From an uncultured Gemmatimonadales bacterium (GTDB taxonomy: Bacteria > Gemmatimonadota > Gemmatimonadetes > Gemmatimonadales > GWC2-71-9), in contig CAWFNY010000003.1 of NCBI GenBank assembly GCA_963817435.1, positions 517,065-581,064 on the forward strand: DNA of 64,000 bases. Direction: 5' to 3'. Each line of letters starts with the position of its first letter. Position 1 is the stretch's first letter. The notes under the pieces are model-generated. The model searched no databases. It saw nothing but the letters and a program-made list of their open reading frames with translations, and was not told where the DNA came from. Below are positions 30,201-39,075 of the stretch, in pieces. The position numbers and the translations under genes are program-made.

Positions 30201-31176
30201 GTGAGGCTGTCGCGCCGCGACCTGCTGTTCCTGGCGCTCGGAGCGGCCGGCGGTGCGGGGGCGACCTGGCTCGCGCGGTACCGTCCGCGGCGCTTCCGCC
30301 CGACGCTCGACCCCGCCTCGCCCCGGATCCTGCAGGACAGCGCCTACGGCGCGATGACCGCGCCGCCCGATGAACTCGGCGCGACGTCGCTCGACGACCG
30401 CACCATTCCGCCACCGCGCGCCCGCGGGCGGCAGACGATCGACCTGACAGTGGAGGAGGTGCAGGTCGCCGTCGGACGCGGGCGTGCGATGCCCGCCTGG
30501 ACCTACAATGGCCGGATCCCCGGCCCGGTCATCCGTGCCACCGAGGGCGATGCACTGCTCCTCCGCGTCAGGAATCTCGGCGCGCGCCCGCACAACATGC
30601 ATTTCCATGGCGCGCACGCCCTCCGCTCCGATGGCTGGGAACCGGTGCCGCCGGGAGGGCAGGTGGAGTACCGCTTCCGCGCCGGCCCGATGGGGCTGCA
30701 TCCATATCACTGCGACATGACGCCAGCGCCCGAGCATATCTCGCACGGACTGTACGGCGCGTTCATCGTGGATCCGCCGGGTGGCCGGCCACCCGCCCAC
30801 GAGCTGGTGCTCGTCGCGGGCGGGTTCGATACCGACGGCGATGGGCGGAGCGATCTCTTCGGCTGGAACGGGGCACCCGGCTATCTACATGAAGTACCCG
30901 ATCAAGGTGCGCGCGGGAGCGTTGGTGCGGGTCTACCTGGTGAACATGGTGGGCGACGAGCCGCAGCTCTCGTTTCACCTGCACGCGCAGACCTTCGATC
31001 TCTACCGGAGCGGCACCAGCCTCAGGCCCGATGAAAAGACGGATGTGGTGACGCTGGCCCAGGCGGAACGCGCCATCCTGGAATTCCGGCTCCCCGACCG
31101 CGGACGCTACATGTTCCATCCCCATCAGGCGCGGATGGCGGAACGCGGAGCGATGGGGTGGTTCGCCGCAACGTAG
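30201..31176 (+). pseudogene. Two-domain cupredoxin oxidoreductase (NirK / 2-domain MCO lineage), Tat signal, apparent 1-nt frameshift near 30885
   Basis: GTG 30201 with GGAAGGAG upstream. The SRRDLLFLALGAAGGAGA Tat signal and domain 1 (PHNMHFHG, YHCD..HISHGL) lie in the frame of ORF 30006..31034. Domain 2 (YMKYPIKVRAG...FHLHAQ...FHPHQARMAERGAMGWF) lies in the frame of ORF 30781..31176. Confidence 0.75.
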
Positions 31177-31199
31177 GGGCCGCGATTCATCGCGGCCTC
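31173..31199 (+). repeat. REP palindrome with 5' GTAG
   Basis: GTAG-GGGCCGCGATT-c-ATCGCGGCCtC. The TAG is the stop codon of the copper protein. Same family as the copies at 36074 and 51362. Confidence 0.7.
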
Positions 31200-31202
31200 C
31201 CA

Positions 31203-33134
31203 CTAATCTGCGGGCCTCCACAAGAACCGCCGCGGATCCGCCGCGACCGCCGCACGGATCGCGGCCCAGAGCCGGGCCCGTTCCGGCCGTCCGAGATCCC
31301 GGGCCCGCATCGCGGTACGGAGCGCGAGCGCGAAGGACACGCCGAGGTTGCAGGCGGCGATCGCCAGGATGCCCGCTCCACCCCACGCCACATCTCCCCA
31401 GTGAAATGCGGGTGTCCCGTAGAGCGAGGCCGCCGCGAGCGTCAGCGAGGCGGCCTGCAGCGTGACGTGCCGGACTTCGATCGGTATCCCGACGAACTTG
31501 GCGAACAGCACCGGCACGAACCCCAGCAGGAGCCCGAGGGCCAGATATCCGACGATGCCGCTGAGGTGCTGCGCGGCGAGCCGCCCGATGCGTGCCGCGG
31601 TGGCGGCGCCGACCGCATCGCGGAGCCCGCGATGCGTCGCGAGCGCTTCCGGCAGGCCGCGATACGCGCTCCAGTTCGCGGCGAAGCCGGCGGCGAGACT
31701 CGAGAGCCAGAGAAAGACGCCGGTCAGAATCGCGAAGGGGATCGTGAACGAAAACAGCGGGTGGACGGAGTGCACCGAGTGCAGCGCGACATCGGCGGGC
31801 AGCGGCGGAACCCCGCCGATCCAGCGGAACAGCACCACGATCAGCACCGAGGCGGGGATGGCGGCGAAGACGTTGCCGATGGTCGCCGCCACCTGCGAGC
31901 GGGTGATCGCGGCGACGAGGTCCACCTGGCGGTCGAGATCCGTCTGACCGTCGAGTGCCGACGCGAGGGCGGCGCCGGTCATCGCCGGCTGCTTCGAGGC
32001 CAGGGTGAAGTGGGCGAACTGCATCGCGATAAAGCTCGCGCTGTAGTTGAGCGCCGAACTCAGGCCCGAGACCACGGGGGCCAGCGGTGCTGCCGCGACG
32101 GCGTACTTGATGAGGGCGGTGAATGCCGTGAGCACGCCACCGCCCGCGGCGGAGCGGCCGGTCGCGTCCCACTCGTGGGCATCCCTCGCGAGGTAATGCT
32201 CCCCGGTTTCCGCGGTGTGCTCAGTCACCTTGAGCGCGAGCCGCTTGAGCGTGTTGCGGGCGAGCGAGCGGATGCCACGCTGGCGGTAGCTGCCGCGCAC
32301 GATTTCGCTGGCCAGTACGCTTCCGTCACTGGCGCCGGTGAGCGTGAGCACCAGGTCGTCGAGCCGGACGAAGAGCGCGTCGAGCAATTCGAGCCGGTAG
32401 AGGACGTCGGTGGAGACGCCCCGCTCCTCGAGGCGGCGATGCGCGGTGGCGAGTGCCGCGTCGCAGGCCGTGCGCACCTCGGCCAGCCGTGTGGTGCCGG
32501 CCGGATCGGCTGGCTGGCTCACCCGGGCGTCGACCGCGCCCGGTAGCTGCAGGAAGGGCGAGGCGCCGTCGCGCTCCTCCCCGCTCAGCTCGAGGAGGCC
32601 GCGGGTGGTGCCCAGTGAGGCGGCACGGACGGCGATCAGTCGCGCGGCATCGGCGAGCGCCGAGTCAGGGAGGGCCAGCAGCGAACGCCACGGCGCCAGC
32701 GCACCCTCCGGCAGCGCCTCCACCCAGGCGGCGTCCGCCTGTTCGAGCGGCAGATGCGAGATCATGACCGCGAGATCGTTACTGGCCTCGAGATGGGGGA
32801 CCAGCCGGTCGGTGATCCGCTCCAGCGACTCCTTGATCAGGGTGCCGTGGGTGGGCAGGCCGGTCTCGGCGAGCATGCGCACCGCCGAGGGGTGGCACCA
32901 GACCTCGTGCAGCTTGTGGCGGATCCGGTCGGCTCGCGGATGCGCGTCGAGCATCTCGGCCAGCCGCGTGAGCCGACGGGTCCGCGGGATTTCCAGGCCG
33001 GTCGTGACCGGCGTCGCGTCGATCAGCCAGCGGAGCAGCTCCTCGAGCGTGCGGGTGCCGGGGTCGGCCAGCAGCTGATCGAGCAGCCGCGTCGCGGCGA
33101 GGTTCGGTGGATCGGAGATCATGAAAGGCAACAT
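31203..33134 (-). CDS. Membrane protein of the 'site-specific recombinase' PF10136-like family (function unproven)
   Basis: ORF 31203..33191. FTLASKQPAMTGAALASAL and IEVRHVTLQAASL match my recollection of conserved PF10136 blocks. Multiple C-terminal TM helices. Confidence 0.55.
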   Translation of the reverse strand: MLPFMISDPPNLAATRLLDQLLADPGTRTLEELLRWLIDATPVTTGLEIPRTRRLTRLAEMLDAHPRADRIRHKLHEVWCHPSAVRMLAETGLPTHGTLIKESLERITDRLVPHLEASNDLAVMISHLPLEQADAAWVEALPEGALAPWRSLLALPDSALADAARLIAVRAASLGTTRGLLELSGEERDGASPFLQLPGAVDARVSQPADPAGTTRLAEVRTACDAALATAHRRLEERGVSTDVLYRLELLDALFVRLDDLVLTLTGASDGSVLASEIVRGSYRQRGIRSLARNTLKRLALKVTEHTAETGEHYLARDAHEWDATGRSAAGGGVLTAFTALIKYAVAAAPLAPVVSGLSSALNYSASFIAMQFAHFTLASKQPAMTGAALASALDGQTDLDRQVDLVAAITRSQVAATIGNVFAAIPASVLIVVLFRWIGGVPPLPADVALHSVHSVHPLFSFTIPFAILTGVFLWLSSLAAGFAANWSAYRGLPEALATHRGLRDAVGAATAARIGRLAAQHLSGIVGYLALGLLLGFVPVLFAKFVGIPIEVRHVTLQAASLTLAAASLYGTPAFHWGDVAWGGAGILAIAACNLGVSFALALRTAMRARDLGRPERARLWAAIRAAVAADPRRFLWRPAD

Positions 33135-33256
33135 AGGCCGCCGGCGCCCGCGGTGTAAGCGTCTCTCACAACGGCTTAACCCGCGATTCAAGCCCCGGAT
33201 GGTATCCTGGTCCCATCGGGCGAGATCCGCGCCATTCGCTCGAAAGGAGGCTGGCC

Positions 33257-33658
33257 ATGTTCACCTTTCAGCGTCTCCGTTGGCATCATCGCAGTATTGC
33301 CGCGCTACTGCTTCTCCTCTGGTTGCCGGCCTGCAGCAGCTGGGAGGTTCCGGGTGTCGCCCCGGCCACCTACATCGAACAGCAACATCCTGACCGAGTC
33401 AGGGTGAGCACCGACACGAGCCGGGTCCAGCTTGATCATCCGTGGGTGCGTGCGGATACCATCATGGGGACGCGCTGGATCGCCTCGCATGCGGGACTCA
33501 TGCGGATGGATACGGTGCAGGTGGCGGTACCGCAGGTGAGCCGCCTGGAAGTTCCCAAGAGTGCCACCGGGAACACACTGATGCTCGTCGGCGGCATTCT
33601 CCTCGTCCTGGCGATTGCCGGTGCAATCGCGCTGTCGAACGCGATGAACTGGGACTAG
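33257..33658 (+). CDS. Hypothetical lipoprotein with a C-terminal TM helix
   Basis: 133 aa. AAGGAGG Shine-Dalgarno. Lipobox LWLPAC. C-terminal LMLVGGILLVLAIAGAIAL. Confidence 0.5.
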   Translation: MFTFQRLRWHHRSIAALLLLLWLPACSSWEVPGVAPATYIEQQHPDRVRVSTDTSRVQLDHPWVRADTIMGTRWIASHAGLMRMDTVQVAVPQVSRLEVPKSATGNTLMLVGGILLVLAIAGAIALSNAMNWD

Positions 33659-33684
33659 CCGTGACCCGACGGCCTGGAGGTGTT

Positions 33685-33706
33685 GCCCGCCGCTGAGGCG
33701 GCGGGC
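33685..33706. terminator. Hairpin between convergent genes
   Basis: GCCCGCCGC-tgag-GCGGCGGGC, a perfect 9-bp stem between the stops at 33658 (+) and 33719 (-). Confidence 0.5.
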
Positions 33707-33718
33707 GGTGTCTCCGGG

Positions 33719-35978
33719 CTAGCGCCCGCCGGGAGGCAGGTTCTTCACCAGGAAGTTGGTGAGCTGGGTAAACAGGTGCAGTGTGGTGCCCTCGCCCTCG
33801 AAGATGCCATGCGAGCGATTGGGGTAGGTCATGAGCTTGAACTGCTTGTTCGCGGCGACCAGCGCGTTGATGAGTCGTTCGGTGCCCTGGTAGTGCACAT
33901 TGTCGTCCCCCGAACCGTGCACCACGAGCAGATTGCCGCGCAGCCGGTCGGCGTAGGTGAGCGGTGAGCTCGCCTCATAATCCGCTTCATTCTGCTGCGG
34001 GAGTCCCATGTAGCGCTCCTGGTAGATCGTGTCGTACAGATGCACGTCCGGCACCGGTGCGACCGACATCCCGGTCTTGTAGACCTCGGGATAGCGGAAC
34101 ATGAGATTCAGCGTCATCGAGCCGCCTCCGCTCCAGCCCCAGACCGCGAAGCGGGTCGAGTCCACCCACGGCCAGCGGCCGATGGTGCGTGCCGCCCCGG
34201 CCTGATCCTCACTCGCGTACACCCCGATCTTCCGGTAGATCGACTTGCGCCAGGCGCGGCCCCGGAGCGAGGGCGTGCCGCGGTTGTCCATCGTGATGAC
34301 GGCATAGCCCATCTCCGTCAGCATCAGGTGCCAGGCGTCGTTGGCATACCAGCTGTCCACGGCGGTCTGTGCCGCCGGCTCGCCGTACACGCTGAAGAGT
34401 ACCGGGTACTTCTTCGTCGAATCGAAGTCGGCGGGATACATAGCCACGCCGTCGAGCCAGACGCCGTTTCCGGCGTCCACATGGAAGAACCGGGTGGGAC
34501 CCTTGTTGAGGCGGGCGTAGCGCCGCTTGAGTTCGGCGTTGTCGGCCAGCGTCCGTATCACCTCGCCGGAGGGGAGGTGCACCAGTTCGGTGACCGGCGG
34601 TGTGTTGAAGTTGGAAAAGGTGTGCACCGCGTAGCGGGCGCCGGGCGCGACGTTGTACCCGTGCGTCCCGAACTGTCCCTTCGGTGCGAGCCGCTCCGCG
34701 GCGGCCGAACCATCGAGACGGGTACGGTACAGGTACCGCTGGGTCGGGTTCTCCGGTGAGGCGGTGAAATAGAGCCATCCGCCGGTGGTGTCCACCGATA
34801 CCACATCGGCGATGTCGTAGTCTCCCCGGGTGAGGACCTTGCTCTCCTTCCCGTCACGGGACACGGAGTAGGCGTGGCGCCATCCGTCCCGCTCGCTGAA
34901 CCAGAGCAGCCGCTTCCCGCCATCGAGCCAGGTCCAGTTGTCCACCACATCCACCCAGGCGCTGTCGCGCTCCACGAAGAGCGGCGTGGTGCGGCCGGTC
35001 TTCGCGTCGCCGAGCAGCACGGTGAGTGTGTTCTGCAGCCGGTTGAGGTGCTGCATCACGATCTGGCTTGAGTTCGCGGCCCACTCCATCCGCGCGAGAT
35101 AGATGTTGCGCGGGTCGCCGCCCACCGCCATCCAGCGGGTCGGGCCGCCATCCGCGCTCACCACGCCGATCCGGACTGCCGAATTGGTCTGGCCCGCCTT
35201 CGGATACTGCACCGGGATGGTGTAGGAGTAGAGGCTGTCGGTGTCGTTGATCATCAGGAAATCACGGACCCCGGCAGCATCCAGCTGCCAGTACGCGATC
35301 CGGGTCCCGTCGGGGCTCCAGCGGAACCCGTCCCGATCGTCGAATTCCTCCTCGTAGACCCAGTCGAAGGTGCCGTTGATGATCGTCCGGGAGCCATCCT
35401 TGGTGAGCTGGGTGATCGTCCCGTCCGCCACGCGCTCGACGTACAGGTTGTGCTCCCGCACATAGGCGACCCGGTCCCCGGTCGGCGAGAACTTGGCGAA
35501 CATCAGTGTCGACGGCTTCGCGTCGGCGCCGCCCAGCTTGCTGCAGCCGCCCCGAATCCAGATCGAGGACCCAGTAGTCGCCCCGGGTGTTCTGCCGCCA
35601 GACCCGCGCGGTGTTGGTGTAGATCAGCAGCTTCCGCCCATCGGCGGAAAACCGGAAGTTCGCCATGCGGAGCGGCACCGTGTCGCCGGCGGGAATCAGC
35701 TGCTCGCTCCGCACCAGCACGGTCGTGGCGCTGGTGAGCGGGTCCACGCGCACCAGGTCGGGACCCTTGGCGCCCTCGTGGCGGTCATACGAATAGTAGG
35801 CCTGGCCGTCGGGCGTCCATCGGATCGGCGGGACATACTGGCCGCTGAAGAAGTCCGAATTGAAGATCCGGTCGAGGGTGACCTTCGAGGAATCCGTGTC
35901 CTGGGTGGAATCCTGCGCGCGCAGCCCGGGCGCCGTCAGGATGGCGAGGGCCACGAAGAGGACAAAGCGACGGAGCAT
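33719..35978 (-). pseudogene. Dipeptidyl peptidase IV (S9B) with an apparent 1-nt frameshift near 35540
   Basis: The N-terminal beta-propeller part is in ORF 35262..36008 (signal MLRRFVLFVALAILTAPGLRAQ ... DYWVLDLDSGRLQ). It continues as KLGGADAKPSTLMFAKFSPTGDRVAYV in the frame of ORF 33719..35503. Catalytic GWSGGGSM. Confidence 0.85.
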
Positions 35979-36010
35979 GTCAGAGACGCCCGGTAGAGGA
36001 GGTAACAACT

Positions 36011-36049
36011 AAACCGCCCGGCTGGACGTGCGTCCAGACCGGGCGGTTT
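36011..36049 (-). terminator. Rho-independent-type terminator of ahcY
   Basis: AAACCGCCCGG(T)CTGGACG-ca-CGTCCAGCCGGGCGGTTT on the minus strand, a ~18-bp stem with one bulge, followed by TTTAGTTGTT. Confidence 0.6.
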
Positions 36050-36073
36050 CAGGCCGAGCCGCATGCACCGACT

Positions 36074-36099
36074 GTAGGGGCCGCGATTAAGCGCGGCCC
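36074..36099 (+). repeat. REP palindrome with 5' GTAG
   Basis: GTAG-GGGCCGCGATTAAgCGCGGCCC, located between the ahcY stop (36110) and its terminator hairpin. Confidence 0.7.
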
Positions 36100-36109
36100 T
36101 CACGGCCGA

Positions 36110-37627
36110 CTAGTACCGGTAGTGATCCGGCTTGTACGGCCCCTCGACCGGCACGCCGATGTAGTCGGCCTGCTCCTTCGAGAGCCTGGTCAGCTTGACG
36201 CCGAGCTTGTCGAGGTGCAGCCGCGCGACCTTCTCGTCCAGCTTCTTCGGCAGCACGTAGACCTTCTTCTCGCTGTACTTCGTGCCGGAGACCGTCGGCT
36301 TGCCGAGGGCGTTGAGGTGCAGATCGAGCTGCGCCAGCACCTGGTTGGTGAAGCTCGAGCTCATCACGAAGCTCGGGTGACCCGTCGCGCAGCCGAGGTT
36401 GAGCAGTCGTCCCTCGGCGAGGATCAGCACGCTGTGGCCGTCCGGGAAGACGAACTCGTCGTACTGCGGCTTGATGTTGATCCGCTTGAGCCCCTTCACC
36501 TTCTTCAGGCCGGCCATGTCGATCTCGTTGTCGAAGTGACCGATATTGCCGACGATCGCCTTGTCCTTCATCCGCGCCATGTGCTCGGCGGTGATGATCT
36601 GCTTGTTGCCGGTCGCGGTGATGAAGATGTCGGCGGTCTCCAGCACACTCTCGAGCGTGGTGACCTGGTACCCCTCCATCGCCGCCTGCAGCGCGCAGAT
36701 CGGATCGATCTCGGTGATGACCACGCGCGCGCCCTGGCCCTTCAGCGCCTGCGCGCAACCCTTGCCCACGTCGCCGTAGCCGAAGATCACCGCAACCTTG
36801 CCGGCGAGCATCACGTCGCTCGCGCGCAGGATGCCGTCGGTGAGCGAGTGCCGGCAGCCGTACAGGTTGTCGAACTTGCTCTTGGTCACCGAGTCGTTGA
36901 CGTTGATCGCCGGGAAGAGCAGCGTCCCCGCGTTCATCATCTCGTAGAGCCGGTGCACGCCGGTGGTGGTCTCCTCGGAGACGCCCTTGATCCCCGCCGC
37001 GGCCCTGGTGAAGCGGCCCGGGTGCTTCTGCTGCTCCTGGCGCAGCAGCTCGAGGATGACGCCCCACTCCTCGGACTCGCTCGCGGCGTCGAACGCCGGA
37101 ACCTTGCCCGCCTTCTCGTACTCGGCACCCTTGTGGATCAGCAGGGTCGCGTCGCCGCCGTCATCCAGCAGCAGGTTCGGGCCCGAGCCATCCGGCCACA
37201 TCAGCGCCATGTCGGTGCACCACCAGTATTCCGGCAGCGTCTCGCCCTTCCAGGCATAGACCGGGATCCCCTGCGGATCCGCCGCCGTCCCGTTCTTGCC
37301 GACGACCACCGCGGCCGCGGCATGATCCTGGGTCGAGAAGATGTTGCAGCTCACCCAACGCACGTCGGCGCCAAGCTCGGCCAGGGTCTCGATCAGCACG
37401 GCGGTCTGCACCGTCATATGGAGCGAACCCATGATCTTCGCGCCGGCGAGCGGGTGCTTCCCGGCGTATTCCTTCCGGATCGCCATCAGGCCCGGCATCT
37501 CGTACTCGGCGAGGCGGATCTCGTTGCGGCCGAACTCGGCGAGGGAGAGATCCTTCACCTTGAACGGCTCGCGGCCGGCCTCACGGGTGGCCTGGAAGGG
37601 GTGCATCGTCATCACGCTGGTTGCCAT
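36110..37627 (-). CDS. ahcY: Adenosylhomocysteinase
   Basis: ORF 36110..37720. ATG at 37627 ([12 protein letters not shown]...[27 protein letters not shown]). NAD motif GYGDVGKG. C-terminal YRY. Confidence 0.95.
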   Translation of the reverse strand: MATSVMTMHPFQATREAGREPFKVKDLSLAEFGRNEIRLAEYEMPGLMAIRKEYAGKHPLAGAKIMGSLHMTVQTAVLIETLAELGADVRWVSCNIFSTQDHAAAAVVVGKNGTAADPQGIPVYAWKGETLPEYWWCTDMALMWPDGSGPNLLLDDGGDATLLIHKGAEYEKAGKVPAFDAASESEEWGVILELLRQEQQKHPGRFTRAAAGIKGVSEETTTGVHRLYEMMNAGTLLFPAINVNDSVTKSKFDNLYGCRHSLTDGILRASDVMLAGKVAVIFGYGDVGKGCAQALKGQGARVVITEIDPICALQAAMEGYQVTTLESVLETADIFITATGNKQIITAEHMARMKDKAIVGNIGHFDNEIDMAGLKKVKGLKRINIKPQYDEFVFPDGHSVLILAEGRLLNLGCATGHPSFVMSSSFTNQVLAQLDLHLNALGKPTVSGTKYSEKKVYVLPKKLDEKVARLHLDKLGVKLTRLSKEQADYIGVPVEGPYKPDHYRY

Positions 37628-37658
37628 CGGTTTGTCCTCGGTTTGAGATCGTCGTTGG

Positions 37659-37718
37659 GGCGACCGCGAGGGGTCGCCACCCATGATTCCCTGTGGGGGC
37701 GACCGTCTCCGGTCGCCC
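37659..37718 (-). promoter_or_regulatory. Two hairpins with near-identical arms in the cupin-ahcY spacer
   Basis: On the plus strand: GGCGACC-gcgagg-GGTCGCC (37659-37678) and GGGCGACC-gtctcc-GGTCGCCC (37697-37718). Confidence 0.4.
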
Positions 37719-37723
37719 AATCG

Positions 37724-38086
37724 TCATGCATCCCGGTGCACCGTCTCCATCGAGAACGCCGGCAGGCACACCGCCACATACTCGGCGCCGCCCGTTTCCG
37801 GCGAACTGTACCGGACCCATTCTCCCGGCGCGGTGATCACGGCCTGGCCCGTGCGGACCTCAAGCGCGCCGGCCGCATGCTCCACCCGCAGCATGCCGCG
37901 CAGCACCACCGTCACCTCTTCGAACTCCGGCCGCTGCCCCGGCTCCTGCCATCCCGCCGGCGACACCATCCGGGCCACGCTCACGCCCCCATGCCCGGAG
38001 CGGACGCGACCCACGTATTCCTCGATCCGCTTGGGCGGCTCTCCTGCGGCCTGCACCACGGCAGGGGCATCAATCAGTCGCGGCAT
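37724..38086 (-). CDS. Cupin domain protein
   Basis: ORF 37724..38176. ATG 38086 has a GAGGAG Shine-Dalgarno. EVTVVLRGMLRVEH...GEWVRY beta-barrel pattern. Confidence 0.7.
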   Translation of the reverse strand: MPRLIDAPAVVQAAGEPPKRIEEYVGRVRSGHGGVSVARMVSPAGWQEPGQRPEFEEVTVVLRGMLRVEHAAGALEVRTGQAVITAPGEWVRYSSPETGGAEYVAVCLPAFSMETVHRDA

Positions 38087-38096
38087 TCGATTCTCC

Positions 38097-39059
38097 TCAA
38101 TGACCGGGCGCGCGGATGCCGGTCGCGGTGAACACCATCGGTCCCTTGGCGCTCGGCTCCGGCGCGATGGCACCATAGCGGCACCCCGCCAGCCCCGAGT
38201 CTTTCATCCACCCGAGCACCTCGGCCTCCCCGAAGCCCTGCCACTGGTGGCCCATCGTCTGCCGGTACTCGGCACGGTCGTGCGGCATCAGGTCGGTGAC
38301 CATCAGCCGGCCTCCCGGCTTGAGTGCGCGGGCGGCTTCCGCCACTGCGCGAGCCGGCTCCGCCAGATAGGGCAGCACCAGCACGAGGAACGCCGCGTCG
38401 AGTTCGCCGTCGGTGATCGGGAGATCCTCGAGATCGCCGCGGCGAATCTCGATATTCGCCACGTTGCCGATTCTGGCCCGCGCCGAGCGCAGCATCGCAG
38501 CCGACGCATCCACCGCGATCACCCGGCCGACGAACGGCGCCAGCGCCTGGGCGAGATGCCCGGTGCCGCAGCCGAGGTCGCCGACGATCCAGTCGCCACC
38601 GAGGAGCCCCAGCAGCGGCAGCAACTCGGTGCGCCCACCGAACAGCTCGGCGCGGAGCCGATCCCACTGTCCCGCGGAAGAGGCGAAGAACTCCTCCGAA
38701 CGGGCCCGGCGCCCCGCGAGCACCCCGCGCAGCCGCTCGGCATCCCGAGCGGCGGCGGGGCTGTCCGCGATCTGATCCCGCACCACCTGCCAGAGCCGGC
38801 GTGCTCCGGGATCGAGGTCGCTGCCGGGCATCCGGTACAGTCGGCTCGCCCCATCCGCACGGGAGACCACCCAGCCATCGTCGGCCAGCACCTTGAGGTG
38901 CCGGCTGGTGGTGGACTGGGGCAGCTGCAGCGCATCGCAGAGCTCGGACACAGTGAGCTCATGCTTCTCCAGGAGGAGCAGCAGCCGGTTCCGCGTGGTA
39001 TCCGCCAGGGCCTGCAGGCGGGTGACGATGGTGGCGCCCAGAATTCCTCCGTAGAGCAT
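38097..39059 (-). CDS. ArsR-type HTH fused to a SAM-dependent methyltransferase domain (SahR-like regulator)
   Basis: 320 aa. N-terminal ALADTTRNRLLLLLEKHELTVSELCDALQLPQSTTSRHLKVLADDGWV. Methyltransferase motif I VGDLGCGTGHL. Confidence 0.75.
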   Translation of the reverse strand: MLYGGILGATIVTRLQALADTTRNRLLLLLEKHELTVSELCDALQLPQSTTSRHLKVLADDGWVVSRADGASRLYRMPGSDLDPGARRLWQVVRDQIADSPAAARDAERLRGVLAGRRARSEEFFASSAGQWDRLRAELFGGRTELLPLLGLLGGDWIVGDLGCGTGHLAQALAPFVGRVIAVDASAAMLRSARARIGNVANIEIRRGDLEDLPITDGELDAAFLVLVLPYLAEPARAVAEAARALKPGGRLMVTDLMPHDRAEYRQTMGHQWQGFGEAEVLGWMKDSGLAGCRYGAIAPEPSAKGPMVFTATGIRAPGH

Positions 39060-39063
39060 CCTG

Positions 39064-39075
39064 TTATCCGGATAA
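39064..39075. promoter_or_regulatory. Perfect 12-bp palindrome TTATCCGGATAA (candidate operator)
   Basis: AT-rich palindrome 5 nt upstream of the SahR-like start codon, in the 75-bp divergent spacer to the MBL hydrolase gene. Confidence 0.45.

Noticed and set aside
30879-30891. Programmed ribosomal frameshifting at the three frameshift sites (30885, 35540, 54884).
   Set aside because: None of the sites has a slippery heptamer, a prfB-like CUU UGA context, an internal Shine-Dalgarno at the right spacing or a downstream pseudoknot. Three unrelated genes are unlikely to share recoding. A sequencing artefact or real pseudogenisation is more parsimonious.
37628-37723. SAH riboswitch upstream of ahcY.
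   Set aside because: The leader lacks the conserved SAH-riboswitch blocks as I remember them (GAGGAGCG, AGGCUC, AACGGCGCUC). I kept it only as an unexplained twin-hairpin element.
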